Below the pieces are notes generated by a model. That model saw nothing but the letters and a program-made list of their open reading frames with translations. It did no database searches and was not told where the DNA came from. Shown one piece after another: positions 12,330 to 25,037 of a stretch of DNA of 64,000 nucleotides. This DNA comes from Anthoceros angustus (Eukaryota > Plantae > Anthocerotophyta). Positions within the stretch are counted from its first letter, which is position 1. Each line of letters starts with the position of its first letter. Location: NCBI GenBank assembly GCA_010909165.1, contig MU008178.1:508369-572368 (forward strand), in the 5' to 3' direction. The translations under genes and the position numbers were made by a program.

Positions 12330-13503
12330 CGGTCTTCCATTTCGTCACTTAGGCGGCTCACCTTTCATTGGACTCTCTCCGGCACCTGCACCAGCCAGTT
12401 GGCTTCCTCGAGCTCTTTCATCAGTTGGTTAATCTCCAACTTCCTTCCCCGACACAGGGTCTCCGTCGCCCGAAGACTCAACTGTAGGCGGTCCACCTCC
12501 TACTCTAGGGCCCCAATCTTGCCCTGTAGGGCCTCATTCTTCTGCTCCGTCACCCAAAGCTTCACGTTCAGGACCCCCTTCTCTGCCAACGCGAACTGTC
12601 AAGCTTCCTCTACCTCCTAATTTTTGGTTCGGAAGTCCGTAAGTTTTACCAGTCTCGTTCAGGTGAGTGGTCCGTTAGTTTTACCAGTCTCTCCAGCATC
12701 TTGTTCAGGTGTGTGGTCCGGGACTCAAGGGCTCATGGTCTCTACGTAGGTTAGAGACCTCCTGCTCCAACTCATGCAGCCGGGATTTGGCCGCTTCGGC
12801 CTATTCCCGTAGTCGGTTCTTGTCTCGGCGGTAATACTCTCGATCCGCCAAGTTCTTCTCTTCCTTCTCCGTACCTGCCTTCAGCTGTGCCTCCAAGGCC
12901 TCCCGTTCCCTTTGCCGAGTGGACTTGGCATCCTTCCTAGCCTCCTCAGCAACCCTGCTAGCGGCCTCTTCTGCCTTGAGAGCTTCCTCTGCCGTCCGTT
13001 GTGCTCGGCCCAACTCTTGGCTCAAGGCCTCTACCCGGTCCTTGGCTTTCTGTGTCTGCTCCAGCTGTTCACATAGCTACAGGATCTTAGCTCGGTTCTG
13101 AAAAGTGGACCTCGCGTCCCGCTTCGCCAACCAGTGCTTCTCTTCCTCCACCCGCGCCGGGGTTCCGCCTTCTTCCTGGCTGCTTAGGCAGCCTCAACAA
13201 CCATGGCCGCCAATATCTGGTGGGCTCCCTCCACTCCTGTCGTTGGCGAATTTCCTTTAGAACCCTCCGCAGGAGGTGGCATCTCTTGGTGTGCCAAACC
13301 GCCCTACGAAGCTGGTCCGGTGTTGTCACTCTGGCCTCTAAGAGGAGGCCCAGGTCCTGGCTGTCCGGCGCTGGCCCTTCCACTTCCTTGGCCCTTTTGG
13401 TGGCCAATTCTTTCTCTACTCTTCGTCTCTTGGGGTCCGGCGAGGGTGAAGGGGTCCGGGAGCTAGCTCGCTTTCCCCTCAGGAGCGCATGCCGGAATAC
13501 CAA
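12330..13503 (-). pseudogene. Degenerate coiled-coil, charged ORF fragments, probably TE-associated
   Basis: Broken E/K/R/A-rich frames (13087-13503, 12801-13025) lie between two TE remnants; no domain recognised. Confidence 0.35.
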
Positions 13504-13519
13504 AAGGTGATTAATCCCC

Positions 13520-14346
13520 CAAGTGGTCCACCTTGGTCAGCATGTTTCAGTGGACGATGACCTTTGCCACGGCCCTGACTCGCCGGTTCTTCAGGTCCGA
13601 CATCAGCCATTTGTTGGAGGACCTCTGCGCATCCACTCTCAGGAGCACTGCCTTAGCACCCTCGAGCTTCTCCGAGCCCCTAAGCAATTCTGGGACTACT
13701 TTTCCTCGCTTCCCAAGTTTGGGCTCTGGGGGCTTCAGGCATCCCTCTTGGAGAAACAGTACGGGTAGGCGCAGCTGGCCCTCCTCCGGGATTCCTCCAT
13801 TTCTAGGCCAACTCGGGCTCGTCTCCGTTCTTGCTCGGGGAAGGGGGCAGGTTCTTAGCTCCTGGCTCGACCCAGTATTTCAGGCGTTCTACATCGCATC
13901 AGCAACTTTTTCCACTGCGATGGAAAGCTTTCACCTGGGCTTGGTCCATCCTCTAGCTTGCTCTCTTTCAACTTGCAGCTACGGGGCCCCTCTTAATGAC
14001 TTTGGGACGCACTTGGCTCGTTGTCCGCGGGTGGGCAGCATATCGCTACGCATGACGTCGTCTGAGACGTCATGTTCTCTATTGCTAGGGAAGGCGGGTT
14101 CCTTCCATTTAAAGAGCGCCCTTACACCTTGCTCAACAATGGGATTTCGCTTAGGGCTGATCTTTTTTTGACCCGAGGGGATCAGGTTTTGGTTGCTGAT
14201 GTGTTGTAACCAATTCCATCCAGGACAGTGTTTGCGAACATGTTATTCTTAACCCTCTAGGTTGGGTGGCGAAGGGATGCACGACGGCTAAGTCCACACA
14301 AGGACGGGAGAAGGGGGCCCCATGCATCAAAAAAAGAAAAAACCTG
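13520..14346 (+). mobile_element. Degenerate 3' fragment of a CRE/NeSL-type (restriction-like endonuclease) non-LTR retrotransposon
   Basis: Zinc-knuckle-like CS.GAPLNDFGTHLARC followed by HDVV, then RADLFLT..VLVADVVVTN..DSV..HVILNP across frameshifts. It is homologous to 53145-53290 and ends in an A-rich run. Confidence 0.7.
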
Positions 14347-14715
14347 GAAAATTCCATCCCATAGCACCAACCGCCAAAAAACGCGTCCGCCTAGTGATTT
14401 GGATAAAAACCTAACCGCTAGCCACCGCCGGAAATGCGATGTGGGCACGAACCGGACGCGCCGCCAGCGAGCCAGCGGTTTCGCATGCGGCCCCTTGTTT
14501 GCATGCGGCCCCTTGTTTGCATGCCGGCGGACACAGGAAGACCAGCGGGGCACCCGGATGCCGATGGGAACACCCGCTGGGGACACGACCGACGATACCG
14601 AGCCTCGACCCGCCTCGGCGGCCGGCGGTAACCCTGCCCACGCGCCACCCGCACCCCATGCTTCGCGCCGCGGCCGGTCCTCCGCCTGACCGCGCTCCTC
14701 CACAGTGCTCCTCCA

Positions 14716-14815
14716 CAAGGGCAAGGGCAAGGGCAAGGGCAAGGGCAAGGGCAAGGGCAAGGGCAAGGGCAAGGGCAAGGGCAAGGGCAAGGGCAAGGGC
14801 AAGGGCAAGGGCAAG
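14716..14815 (+). repeat. (CAAGGG)16 hexanucleotide microsatellite
   Basis: Perfect array, read directly. Confidence 0.97.
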
Positions 14816-15579
14816 CACTTCCATAGTGCATTTCAAGTAAGAGATGTGGACCGACTTGAGAGAGGGCAGCCCACCAACAACCTCGACGGCAAGATAAATA
14901 CTACGCTTCGAGGAAGGAGAAGGTTACATGATGGCGGATGAGCACGGCAAGCCAGGAAAAATGGCCAGGTGACATGGGCTGGAGCGCTGGCTTCCCCCGA
15001 GGCATGAAGTTCCGATGTTCCGATTGAAAAAGTTTAAAGTGAAAAAGAAGCGTGGCGTGGCATGGGGCCTGGGGCCTGGGCCACACAAATAATATAAGGG
15101 CAGATTTGCAGATAAGATGAAAGGGTCCCTACCCTAGAGTGGCGGAGGGAGGAGATGACAAAATGCGTTTGTCCGCAACTTGTCCGAAACGCGGATGGCC
15201 GGGGAGGCCTGTGTGTTGTGGTAGCGGAAAATGAGGCCGCACAAATAGCGCCTCCTCATCACACGCTCCTGGCCCCTGGCCCTGGACGCGAGACGCGGGA
15301 CGCGGGACGCGGGACGCGGAGAGGCCCAGAGGGGCGGTGGGTGGGCACTGGCAGCGCTGGCAACTGCCAGTACTCGCCGAGGCAAGGCGACGCGATGGTG
15401 CGGCGAAATGAGCGCAGGCTGCCGGGAGCAAAGGAGCAAAGGGCGGACTGGCCACTGGCCGCTACATATATCATAAGCCGACCGCTCCCCGCTCGTATGA
15501 TTATCCCCCCGGAAACCGGAAAATGGTGGCACGCGCGGGCCGGAGGGGAGGGAATTATGCTGGTACGGCCGGGCGTGGG

Positions 15580-18500
15580 GGAACGGGGACGGGGACGGAA
15601 CGGGAACGGGAACGGGAACGGGCTCCACTCACTTTGGCCGCCTCTAACCTGTTCCTGACAGCCTGTCCCTGTTTCGTGTGCGGACGCTATCCGTTACCCG
15701 TAACTGGTCAGTGGCGCGGACCGCGGATGGAGACCAGACATGAGACATGAGACGGGCACGGGCAAGAAAAAGAAAAAGAGGGAGTTGGGAGGCGGATTTT
15801 GTGTGGCCTGCCTGCCTGCAGCCTGCCACCTCCCGGCCCGGCTCGGCCCCTGCCATATTTTTTATCTGGACACTTCATAAGCCTGTTCTGTTCGGCCCGG
15901 GTATCTGGTCCCGGCGCCCAGCTTCAGCTTCAGCTTCAGCTTGTCCGGCGTCCGGCCGAATAATTTTCTTGGCCCACCTGGGAAGGTGGAACGGGACGGG
16001 GACGGCGACGGGGACCCCGGGGACGCGTGCCCCGTTCCAACGCTAAACCTAGTGCTCGTGGCGTGAATCGAGTGGGCCGTCAGTGGGCAATAGCGCCGTG
16101 AGCCTTAAATGATGCTTGTCTGCTCCAGGCCGGGCCAATGTGCCCACCTGCTCCCCACTGCTCCTGCACTCGATTCATCACTGTTTACCGTAGCTACATT
16201 ATCGTACATCCCCAACACCGTATGCTGTACTGTATTACATACGTACGTATGATGGATGCGTATCGTATGAATGTACAATGTACATGTGTATGTATGTACA
16301 TTGGAGAAGGAAGGGAAGGGAAGGGAAGGTAAGGGAAGGGCCCTGGAGTGGGTGGGGCAGGTGGGACCCGGCCCAGCTTGTCGGTCCCGCGCATGCTGCT
16401 ACCCTTCACGTGGGCACCTGGATTATTCATTGCCTTGCGGCCCTTGCCTTGCCTTGCATTGCCCGCCCCGGTCAAGCCAATCGATTCGCACCTTCTTCCA
16501 ATTCACGTTGTTGCTGATGAAGGAGGCGACCGCTTTTGGGCCGCATGGAAATTGGACATTTGGACAGGCCAAGGCATCTTCTCTTTCCCGCACCCTCCCT
16601 TTGACAAGTCTTAGGGCTTTCAAGTTCATGAGGCAGCGGCAACGGCAACCCAAGAGGCACAGGCAGGTAATGGATCCTTTGCTCCCCTGGCTGGCGGTAG
16701 CATTCAACTTTCTTGCCATGGAAAATGTCCCATGGGCCATGCTCAAGAAAGGAAGCATTTAGGATTTAGCATTTAGGATTTAGGATTTAGGATTTAGCAT
16801 TTTGTATTTAGCATTTTGCATTGAGATGTGGACGAATCAATCAAGTACAAGTCACCAGGTCTCGGGTATTAGGTATCTTCGAGGGAAGACTAGGTATCTA
16901 TTGAGTGTGTTTGCGACTACGTGCCTCAAGTACTCTTATTCAGCCCTTAAGTGTAGGTTCTTTATCGCTCATCTACTTGGGACAGTTCCCGTCTCTTCCC
17001 TGCCCTTCCAATTCCTATAACACACGACTATTCGAGGTAAACGATAAGGCAAGTTATGGAAAGATGGCTTTGCAGTTGGAGAGGGCCGAAAGAGTGAAAA
17101 AGGATAGCCCCGTCCCCGGGGCCCGGGGCCCGGGGTCCGGGGGGTCCCTGGAAGAGCGGTCAGCAACCATCCAGATTCCCCTCCTCCTCCGCCTCCTGGT
17201 CAGGCGTCAGGCGGCTGCTGCCCGGACCAAGCGTAGCATAGCATACCATCGCGAGAGCTAGCATTCGCTCACAAGCTGGACCACTTTGTGATCAAAGGCT
17301 GGGCGCTGGACTGCCATGCCCGGGAGCCTGGGCTCGCCACGCGGCCGCACCACAGTCAAGTCAAGAGCAGCAGCAGCAGCACCTTGCGTTGCTGAGCTAT
17401 ACAACTATATACATATCTCTTGTACCAACTGTATGTACACTGTACACTACCAACCTACCTGCTACCTCCTCCTCCTCCTCCTCCAGGAGTCCAGCTGCAG
17501 CTGCAGCTGCAGCTGCCAAGGCCCAGCCCTGGGCTGCGAGCTGCGAGCCGCGAGGGAATCAATTCTTGGAGCGTATCAATTCACCTGCTGCGGATCGCCT
17601 TCAACTTCTGACGCTGTCAGTGGACTAGTCTACTCTTATTATCGCTGCTTTGGACCTTTGGACGCTAGCCATAGCGGCAACAATTCCATGTGCCTTACGC
17701 CTGCTGCAGCCTTGCACTAGGCTGCACCACCACTGCCAGCCCAGCTGCTGCTCTTCAGACCCGGCAGGAGGGCAGAAGGCAGGAGGCAGGAGGCAGGAGG
17801 CAGGAGACAGGAGGCAGGAGGCAGGAGGCAGGAGGGCAGGAGGCACAAGTCGGAGTAGGACGTGGCTCTTCACAGCCCTCTCTCTCGCAGCCTGCAACCC
17901 AGGGATTTCACCATTGCCCCTTCCCTTTACACATCTCTACTTTCTTTCAAGGGGGATCCATGCGCCCACGCTCATTGCTCCCCCGGGTGGACGGTGGACC
18001 GGGCAAACCCACCACTAATGCAAGTACAGATTCCCATCATACACCAATCAACACACTCCACCCTGTCCACACTGTCCTGCGCTGCACACACCCACCGGTC
18101 CAAACTTCCCAGTACCCACAGTCAGCTCAACACTCCACTCCACTCCACATTCCAAATCTGCAATTTCACCTTCCATCTTCTCCTGCTGAGAGTCACCTCC
18201 TGCCACATTCAAAGCAACCCTATGCCTGCTTCCGTCACTGTGTCAAGCAAATTGCTTGGACTTGGAGAGCTGTGCTGAGCTGGGCCCCTTTTCGGTTTCC
18301 TCGCCAGCCCTACTTTTTCTACCTTGCCGGTGCAGTCCCGAAACCGAAACCGAATCCGAATCCGAATCCCAATCCCAATCCCAATCCGCACAAGCTTCCC
18401 ACCGCAATTCCTTAACACCCAATCGCCCATGGGCTTTGGTCGCATACATTCTGGTCAGCCCTTGCTGCCCATGTGCACTAATCATCGTCGTCTTGAACTC

Positions 18501-19630
18501 CATATATTAATGTATTGCCCAGCATGTATGGTGTCCATGGCTGGGGGCCCTGTGCTGGGCTAGGCCTGCACACCACCACCGCCTTGGAATTTTCTCAAAT
18601 CAATGTCAGGCCTGGAGCCTGCGAGACTGCGATCGAACACCCAAAGCACTGCTCCGCTCCTCCAGGCAGCCAGGGCGACAGTGGTGAGACTGTGGACACT
18701 GTCACAAGCCAGTGCCACAGCAGACCAGACCATCTGGGCGTGACCAGACCAGACCGTTTGGTGCCAGACAAACATTCCGCTGTGCAGCCCAGCAGCTCAG
18801 CACTCCAAATGCTCCATTTCCTCACATTCCTCTCGCTGTTTACTCAGCAAAATGTTTCAATCGACAGATGTTTCACCTCCCGTTGCATTTCCCTCCCTCC
18901 TTCCATCCATCCATCCATCCATCCCACATACGTTTCACCTCCCTGCCCTTCTCTCTACACTTGTGTACATGCATAGATGCACAATGTTGCTGACTACATG
19001 GTACGCACAACACGGGTGGGCGCCAGTGGAGGTTCCAAGAAATATCGCCCGTCGGCTGGACCCAGGTGGCAAGATCACCAAACTACATACATACCATGAC
19101 ATACAAACTTGGTAACTCGAGCAGAGCAGATCGTTCCCGTGTCCTGAAGATATGGAGCTTGCTTGCTTCAGCAGTTGAGGTTGCATGCAAGCTTTGCTCG
19201 AGTTGGCTTTTCAACATCGATTCCCGGGGTGTCCAGTCTAGACCAGAGGCCAGCAGGCAGCCCACAATCCAGAACATCTGCCAGCCGTTGCCAGCGATTG
19301 ATCTCTCGGGGCCTGGCCGGCCCATATGTACATCTATACCACTTGTTTTACTATACAACACAACTGTAGTCTTCCGGTCTGTGCCTGCACCTGCGCGGTG
19401 TGGCCCCCAGGCGTCTGACATACACACACACCAAACCAAAAAAGAAGAGAGAGAGATAGAAAGAAGCGTGCGAGCCCCAGCCCCGCGGACTAGGAGAAAA
19501 GAGCAGCAATACCCAGCTTCCTCCTTTCCTCCCTCGTTTGTGTGCGAACTTGGCAATCCAGCGATCCAGTGATCCAGCGACCCAGCCATCCCAGCCAGCC
19601 CAGCCAGCCCAGCCCGCCCAGCCATCCCCG
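15580..19630. repeat. Microsatellite-dense intergenic region
   Basis: (GGGAAC)n ~15590, (CAGCTT)4 ~15920, (GGAAG)n ~16305, (ATTTAGG/C)6 16757-16798, (CCT)n ~17465, (CTGCAG)n ~17495, (GGCAGGA)n 17763-17845, (G/CAATCC)n ~18350-18388, (CCAT)n ~18900, (CCAGC)n ~19585-19625. Confidence 0.85.
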
Positions 19631-22050
19631 GTGTCGAAGGAGCTCTGAATCATCATGCGCTTGCCGCGGCTTCTCCATTCACCATGTCGATCAGCTCCTT
19701 CACCCGTCCTGGCTCGGTCTTGCTGGCACAGCTGCAGCTGCAGGTGCTGCTCCTGAGCGGCCTGTTGTTGTTGTTGCCTGCATCACAACCCACACGCCGG
19801 ATCCGCACACCGCTCTGATTCTGTAGCTGTAGCCTTAGCCTGTAGCCGGTAGCTGTACATAGGGGAGGGAGGGAGGCACCCCAATCTGTACAGAGATGGG
19901 GTAGTGCTTTGCTGTGTGTGGTGTACGTAGGGGAAATCGGGTCCAGAGTAGTGGGAGTAGCGGAATTGGTGCAGCCCAATTCCCCCCTTGCCGTCGTGCA
20001 ATGTGAGCCTGCAGCCATGAGCCTAACTTTTCCGTTGCCACAGCTGCATCCGCGCACGATGCTGGGGGCCAGGACCAGGGCCTGTCCGTCGCTCCAATTC
20101 CGAGTAGCCTTGCGTGTTTTGTAGATACTGTCAGCACCATGGTGTCGTGGGGTTGAGTCGGGGTACACACACAGGTTGTTGGGCTCGCTGCCACTGCTTG
20201 CTTTGTACCAGGGTACCTGCAGCCTGCTCGATTCGTGTTCACACACCGTTAGCGTGTCGGAGAATGCAGTGAGCTTCTCCCTTCTGCTTCGGGATCCAAA
20301 GTCTCCACTGGTCAAACCTGCATTGAATATCTTGCGCCAGCTGCTGTTTTGGGCGGGGATCCTGAGGCGAACTCTGTCTCAGACCTGAATGATGTATGAA
20401 CAATTGACGTCTGTTTGGTGTCCGTGAGGGGAGGATCTCCATGTTGCCCCGTCCTCATCAGCCTGCTGCTCAGACTGCCAGCGCCGCATTGCCTCCCAGA
20501 TTCCCACCTGTTCCAGCGATCCAGCCTCACCACTGACACTCAGTCGGGACAGCTGTGTGTTGTCGGGGAAGGGGAGGCCTGCCCATGGTGCACTCCCTTC
20601 TAATTAGCTCCGGCCGTGCTTGCTTGCAATTGCCACACAATTTCATTCATGGCCCGCGGGGAGGCACTCCAGGAACCGCTGTGCAGCTATGACGGCGGGA
20701 TCTTCTTCTTGTAGAGCGCCTGCACTGAGTTTCAGAGGTGAGCATTCTCCTTCCCAGTTCACAGGAGAAGGAATGAGCTCCTCTCTTTCGATTTCAAGGA
20801 TTCCATGGATCACAATCAGTTTGAACAGTGCTACGTAGGCCGCAATTCGAAGCAACAGTGAGACAGTCTTTAGATTTCAAACACGCCACAGTGACCATTT
20901 GCCACAGTGTCCGGACCTCCTTTCTCTGGCTTCCTTCCTTCAATTTCTACTGTTCCATCTCTGACTGTTGCTCCAGATGAATCATTCCTGCTCTTTGCGC
21001 AAGTTTGAAATGTTCAGCTTCTGATGAATGTAACGTTCTCGTTTGCGGTGGCACAGAGGGCCGTGAATGCTGCAGTATGTTGGCGCCACCCGGTTGAGTT
21101 CATGACGGATCCAGACAAGTTCGGGGAGTGCGCACAACTATTGCCCCGGTGCATGTACTGTACATAAAGAGATGTCGGGTTTTTGCTTGCAGCTGCAGCG
21201 CTCACGGGATGGAGGATCTCACATAAGGTAGACTGAGGCGTATGTATATCTTCTTAGCTATGGACGCTCTTCTTGCAACACAGGGCAGCTCTGGACTCGA
21301 AAGACATCAAGATTGTTGGTCGGCAGTGCTTAACATGGGTGCTTGGTGGTAACTCCTTCAAAGCGGATTTCGTTATTCTGGTCAGAGGCCGCAGCAGCAT
21401 TTCACCAGCTGCAAAGCAAACACCATACGGACTACTACGCAAGATTCCAGCAGCTGACATCAATATGTTCGAGTCTGACAGTGACTTCTGAGAGACGTGT
21501 TGCAGTCACTTTCTGCAAGTATACATTGGGATACAAGCTTTTGGCAGCCTTTCAAGCTTCACGTTCGAGGCTATTGAGCAAATTCAGTGCATCATCCGAG
21601 CCAGCTCAGATCGATCAGGGCCTGTACTGTTTCCGTTCTTGTAGGTGGGGTGCAAGAGTCAGCAGTCTGGGGTGCATCTATGGATAAACTATCAGCTTCA
21701 GGCGTGGATGGAGGAGACAGCATATGGCTTCCATAGCAGCCGCAGAACATGACATTCTTCGAGGCAGTTGTGGGGCACCACCCTGGGCCTGTGTGTTCTG
21801 TGCAGTAAGGACACCCCAGAAACTTGCACACTAGCCAATACAGCCTGCTTGTCTTGTGACTTGGAAGCGTGTGAAGACCTGGCAAGCAAGCTTTAAAAGA
21901 GAGAGACTGACTTCACCTTCGTGAACCGCACTGATCTGAATCAGCTGCCGTCTGTTGCGCTGCAGAGGGTCATTGTGATTGCGGGTGTCGAGAGATAATT
22001 TGCTCATTAACGAGCCTTACCTGTGCAGATCATTCCAGGCTCTCGGACCA

Positions 22051-24320
22051 ATGCTGAATTGCAACTCGCAGAGAGCGGAAGGACTGCAGGAGGCTTTCTT
22101 CTCACCAGCTGACAGGATACAAGGTAGCTTCATAAGTCAGTTGTTGGTGCCCTCCGTGGTGGATACTCTGGAGAGCAGCAATTCGCGCCAGGAGATCCAG
22201 TCTCAAGACCTTCAGAAACCTGGCTCCATCCATCTGCAAGGGTTCGAAGATCACAGCTTGTTCGGAGCGAATACCCACAGCATGGGCAGCCTTGATCTGC
22301 TGACAGGCTCTTCCGGGATGTCGATGGCCATGGATCCTGGTGACATGAAGTTTACAGATATGGACACTTGGAACTCACTTGGACCAGGGCCTTCGATGCC
22401 ATCCATCACCTACAGGAGCCTGCTCGCATCTTCCGGCTTAATGGATCACAGCTCCATGGATTACGGCCATCATTCAGGAAGCTTGGAGCAGGTGACATGT
22501 ACAGCGATGCAGAGTCCTATGTATGAACGGAGCACCCGAATGGACAGCTGCAGGGAATCCGACAGCTCACTCTCCAGCCAGAGCCAGAGCTTCCACAGCA
22601 GCCTGTTACCTCCAGTAAGTATCAACTCAAATCTATCGAGGAACACGGCGCTGCAGGGGGGAGGTACTGGTGCAGGATCTGGAGGACTTGCTCTTCCCAT
22701 CCGGAAGGGAATCAGTTTTGATGCTGGGCTTGGTCTAAATATTCACCACCCACGTTTTGACTACAATGTAGGACAACAATTCATGAACATGGAAACTCCG
22801 ACGTTCATGAACCATAGCATGGAGAGTCAGATACATTTAGGAACACCAATATCGCTCGATCAAGCCGTCCTTTGTGGCCTGCCAATCAATGCCTACAATG
22901 TCGGAGGGGCCGGCATGAGACTGCCGACGGAGCACCAGGGCCTCACACACTTTGCTCAGATTCTTCCGTCCAAGGCTCTGAAGTCTTCACCTGTGCAGTT
23001 CACAGCTCCCCAGAATTTCCTATTTGGCAGCAACTTGACCGCAGCACCGACAGGATTGAAACTTCCAGCTCTGAACTTTAAGTGCAATCCTCCCAAACTG
23101 GAGCAGCTTAGCCCAAAGCTGTTCGACGGCTACACAGCCTCCCAACAGAGCAGTGTCTGTGATGGGAGGCCCCCCAAGAAAGAGAGGCACTCAGAGACTT
23201 ACATCAGCTTTCGGGGGACCAAGAATGTGGTAAGCTTGCCTGCAATATCAGTTGCGTATCAGCTCACTGCATTCCTCAATAAGTCTTCTGGCTCTAATGA
23301 TGTTCTGTTGTGCACATGTGCCTACAGGTAGATGATCATGCAGAATCAACAGGGCCTATCGATCTCTTCACGAAGAATATTAATGTCATGGCCGGATCTC
23401 CTGGCATTGGGTCATTGTCCAGTGAACAGAGCACTCACACGTCGACCTCGCCGGATTCTGTTTCCAAACGGCCAAGGCTACATGACCAGGCTCCTGCTGC
23501 TGCAAATCTGCCTTTTAAGGTAGGCGGGATGGGACCCAGCTTTTCTTTCCCAATGGTGAGCTCTGAAAGTCTCAGCACTGAAACCTTGTTTGTACTTCCA
23601 GGTGCGGAAAGAGAAACTAGGAGAGAAAATAACAGCTCTACAACAGCTCGTGTCTCCGTTTGGAAAGGTTAGTCAGGCATCAACTCTGAAACTGTTCCAC
23701 GGAAGAGGAAGTGCTTCCCTCTCCATGAGATGATCCTAAAGTTTTGGTCAGGCTCTCCTGCACAGATCAGATGGGTGAACGATCTTGTAACCGCTTGTGG
23801 CACTTGCTATAACAGACGGACACAGCCTCAGTTTTGTTGGAAGCGATCGGTTACATCAAGTTTCTTCAGGACCAAGTGCAGGTAATCAACGGTGAACGTT
23901 CGAGTCACCAATTGGAATTTTTCTTGTTTCCGACTGTCCACTAAAAATCTGCACATGGCCACGCATGCCTGTCAGCTGACATGATTCCTCTGACATGAAA
24001 CAGCTTCTCAGTACGCCATATATGAAGAACGTGTGCATCCCCACCAGTACACATGTAAGGAAATCGATATCACTAGCCCTTTCGTCATAGGTCGTCCTCG
24101 TTTGACTGGGCTCTTGTCCCTTGTAAGCTCACGTGGTGGGCGTTTGAAACAGGACATCAAGCAGCAATGGGCCACGGACAACGTCAAGACTGGAGGAGAA
24201 GCTGACTTAAGCGATCTGAGAAGCAAGGGGTTGTGTCTCATACCGATTTCCACGATCCGCGTAGCTAACGACAATGGGGCAGACTACTGGACCCCAACCA
24301 TCGGAGGCAGCTCCCGATGA
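22051..24320 (+). CDS. bHLH transcription factor, subfamily X (bHLH112/123-like)
   Basis: Exons ..-23229, 23328-23519, 23602-23667 (VRKEKLGEKITALQQLVSPFGK), 23816-23881 (TDTASVLLEAIGYIKFLQDQVQ), 24004-24054 (LSTPYM), 24153-24320 (DLRSKGLCLIP, ADYWTP). All have GT-AG introns in phase. The start is uncertain: an in-frame upstream exon 21724-21804 spliced to 22039 is possible. Confidence 0.9.
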
Positions 24321-25037
24321 TCCCGAGAGCTCACGAGCATCACCGATCATGGGTCATCCGTCTCTCTTACACCATCGTTCCTTCATTGACAGATGCTTTG
24401 TACACAGAGGGGTGGAACAGATCTCATACGCCACGTACTAGCTTTCAAGGCAAAGTCTCCGACGAGCTAGACTATGGATGCATGGAGCCCACAACAAGTG
24501 CAAGCAGCCGAGGTGAACATGCGCCATGGCAGTTAGGTGATGCATTTTCTGGTTTTGTTGCTAGCCGACGGACAATCTCACGAGCAACATGACGTAGCAG
24601 AGGGTGCAGTACTAGGTACTTTGTAACAATATTAACTCTGGGCAAGAATGCCCGCTCTAGACTTGAAATAAGCAAAGCTTCATGAGTCCTTCGTTGATAA
24701 CCAGATTGTTCTTCCATACAGGATTGTAGTCATATTCAGTGGCATGCAGAAACAAATTAATGCTTGCAGCCTTAGGAAAAATGAATAAGAAGTCAGATTC
24801 TCTGGCATGGGACAAAGTGTCCGGCGCTTGGTTTCCAGTGCACACAAATGCAGCTGCCATGTGGTGAAAAGAATCTGCAGATCGGGAATTTTAAACAAGA
24901 TTGGTGCCGGTGATGGTCCACCTTTCCTTGCCCTTTTCCATGCATGCAACAGAAAGGAGAATTTATCGAAGCTGGTGTGCACGAGCTAACTTGTCAATGA
25001 AGAGCTCACCAGCTACAGAGATCTCCAGAAAGAGTGT

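Noticed and set aside
14257-14941. ORFs with (LP)n, (AL)n, (CP)n, (AR)n, (KG)n tracts
   Set aside because: These are translations of the (CAAGGG)n microsatellite.
19441-19460. AGAAGAGAGAGAG resembling miR529/miR156 family
   Set aside because: Only the GA-repeat portion matches, and there is no complementary star arm.
19653-20315. 220-aa minus-strand ORF
   Set aside because: No recognisable domain or convincing splice context; may be chance in GC-rich DNA, though not excluded.
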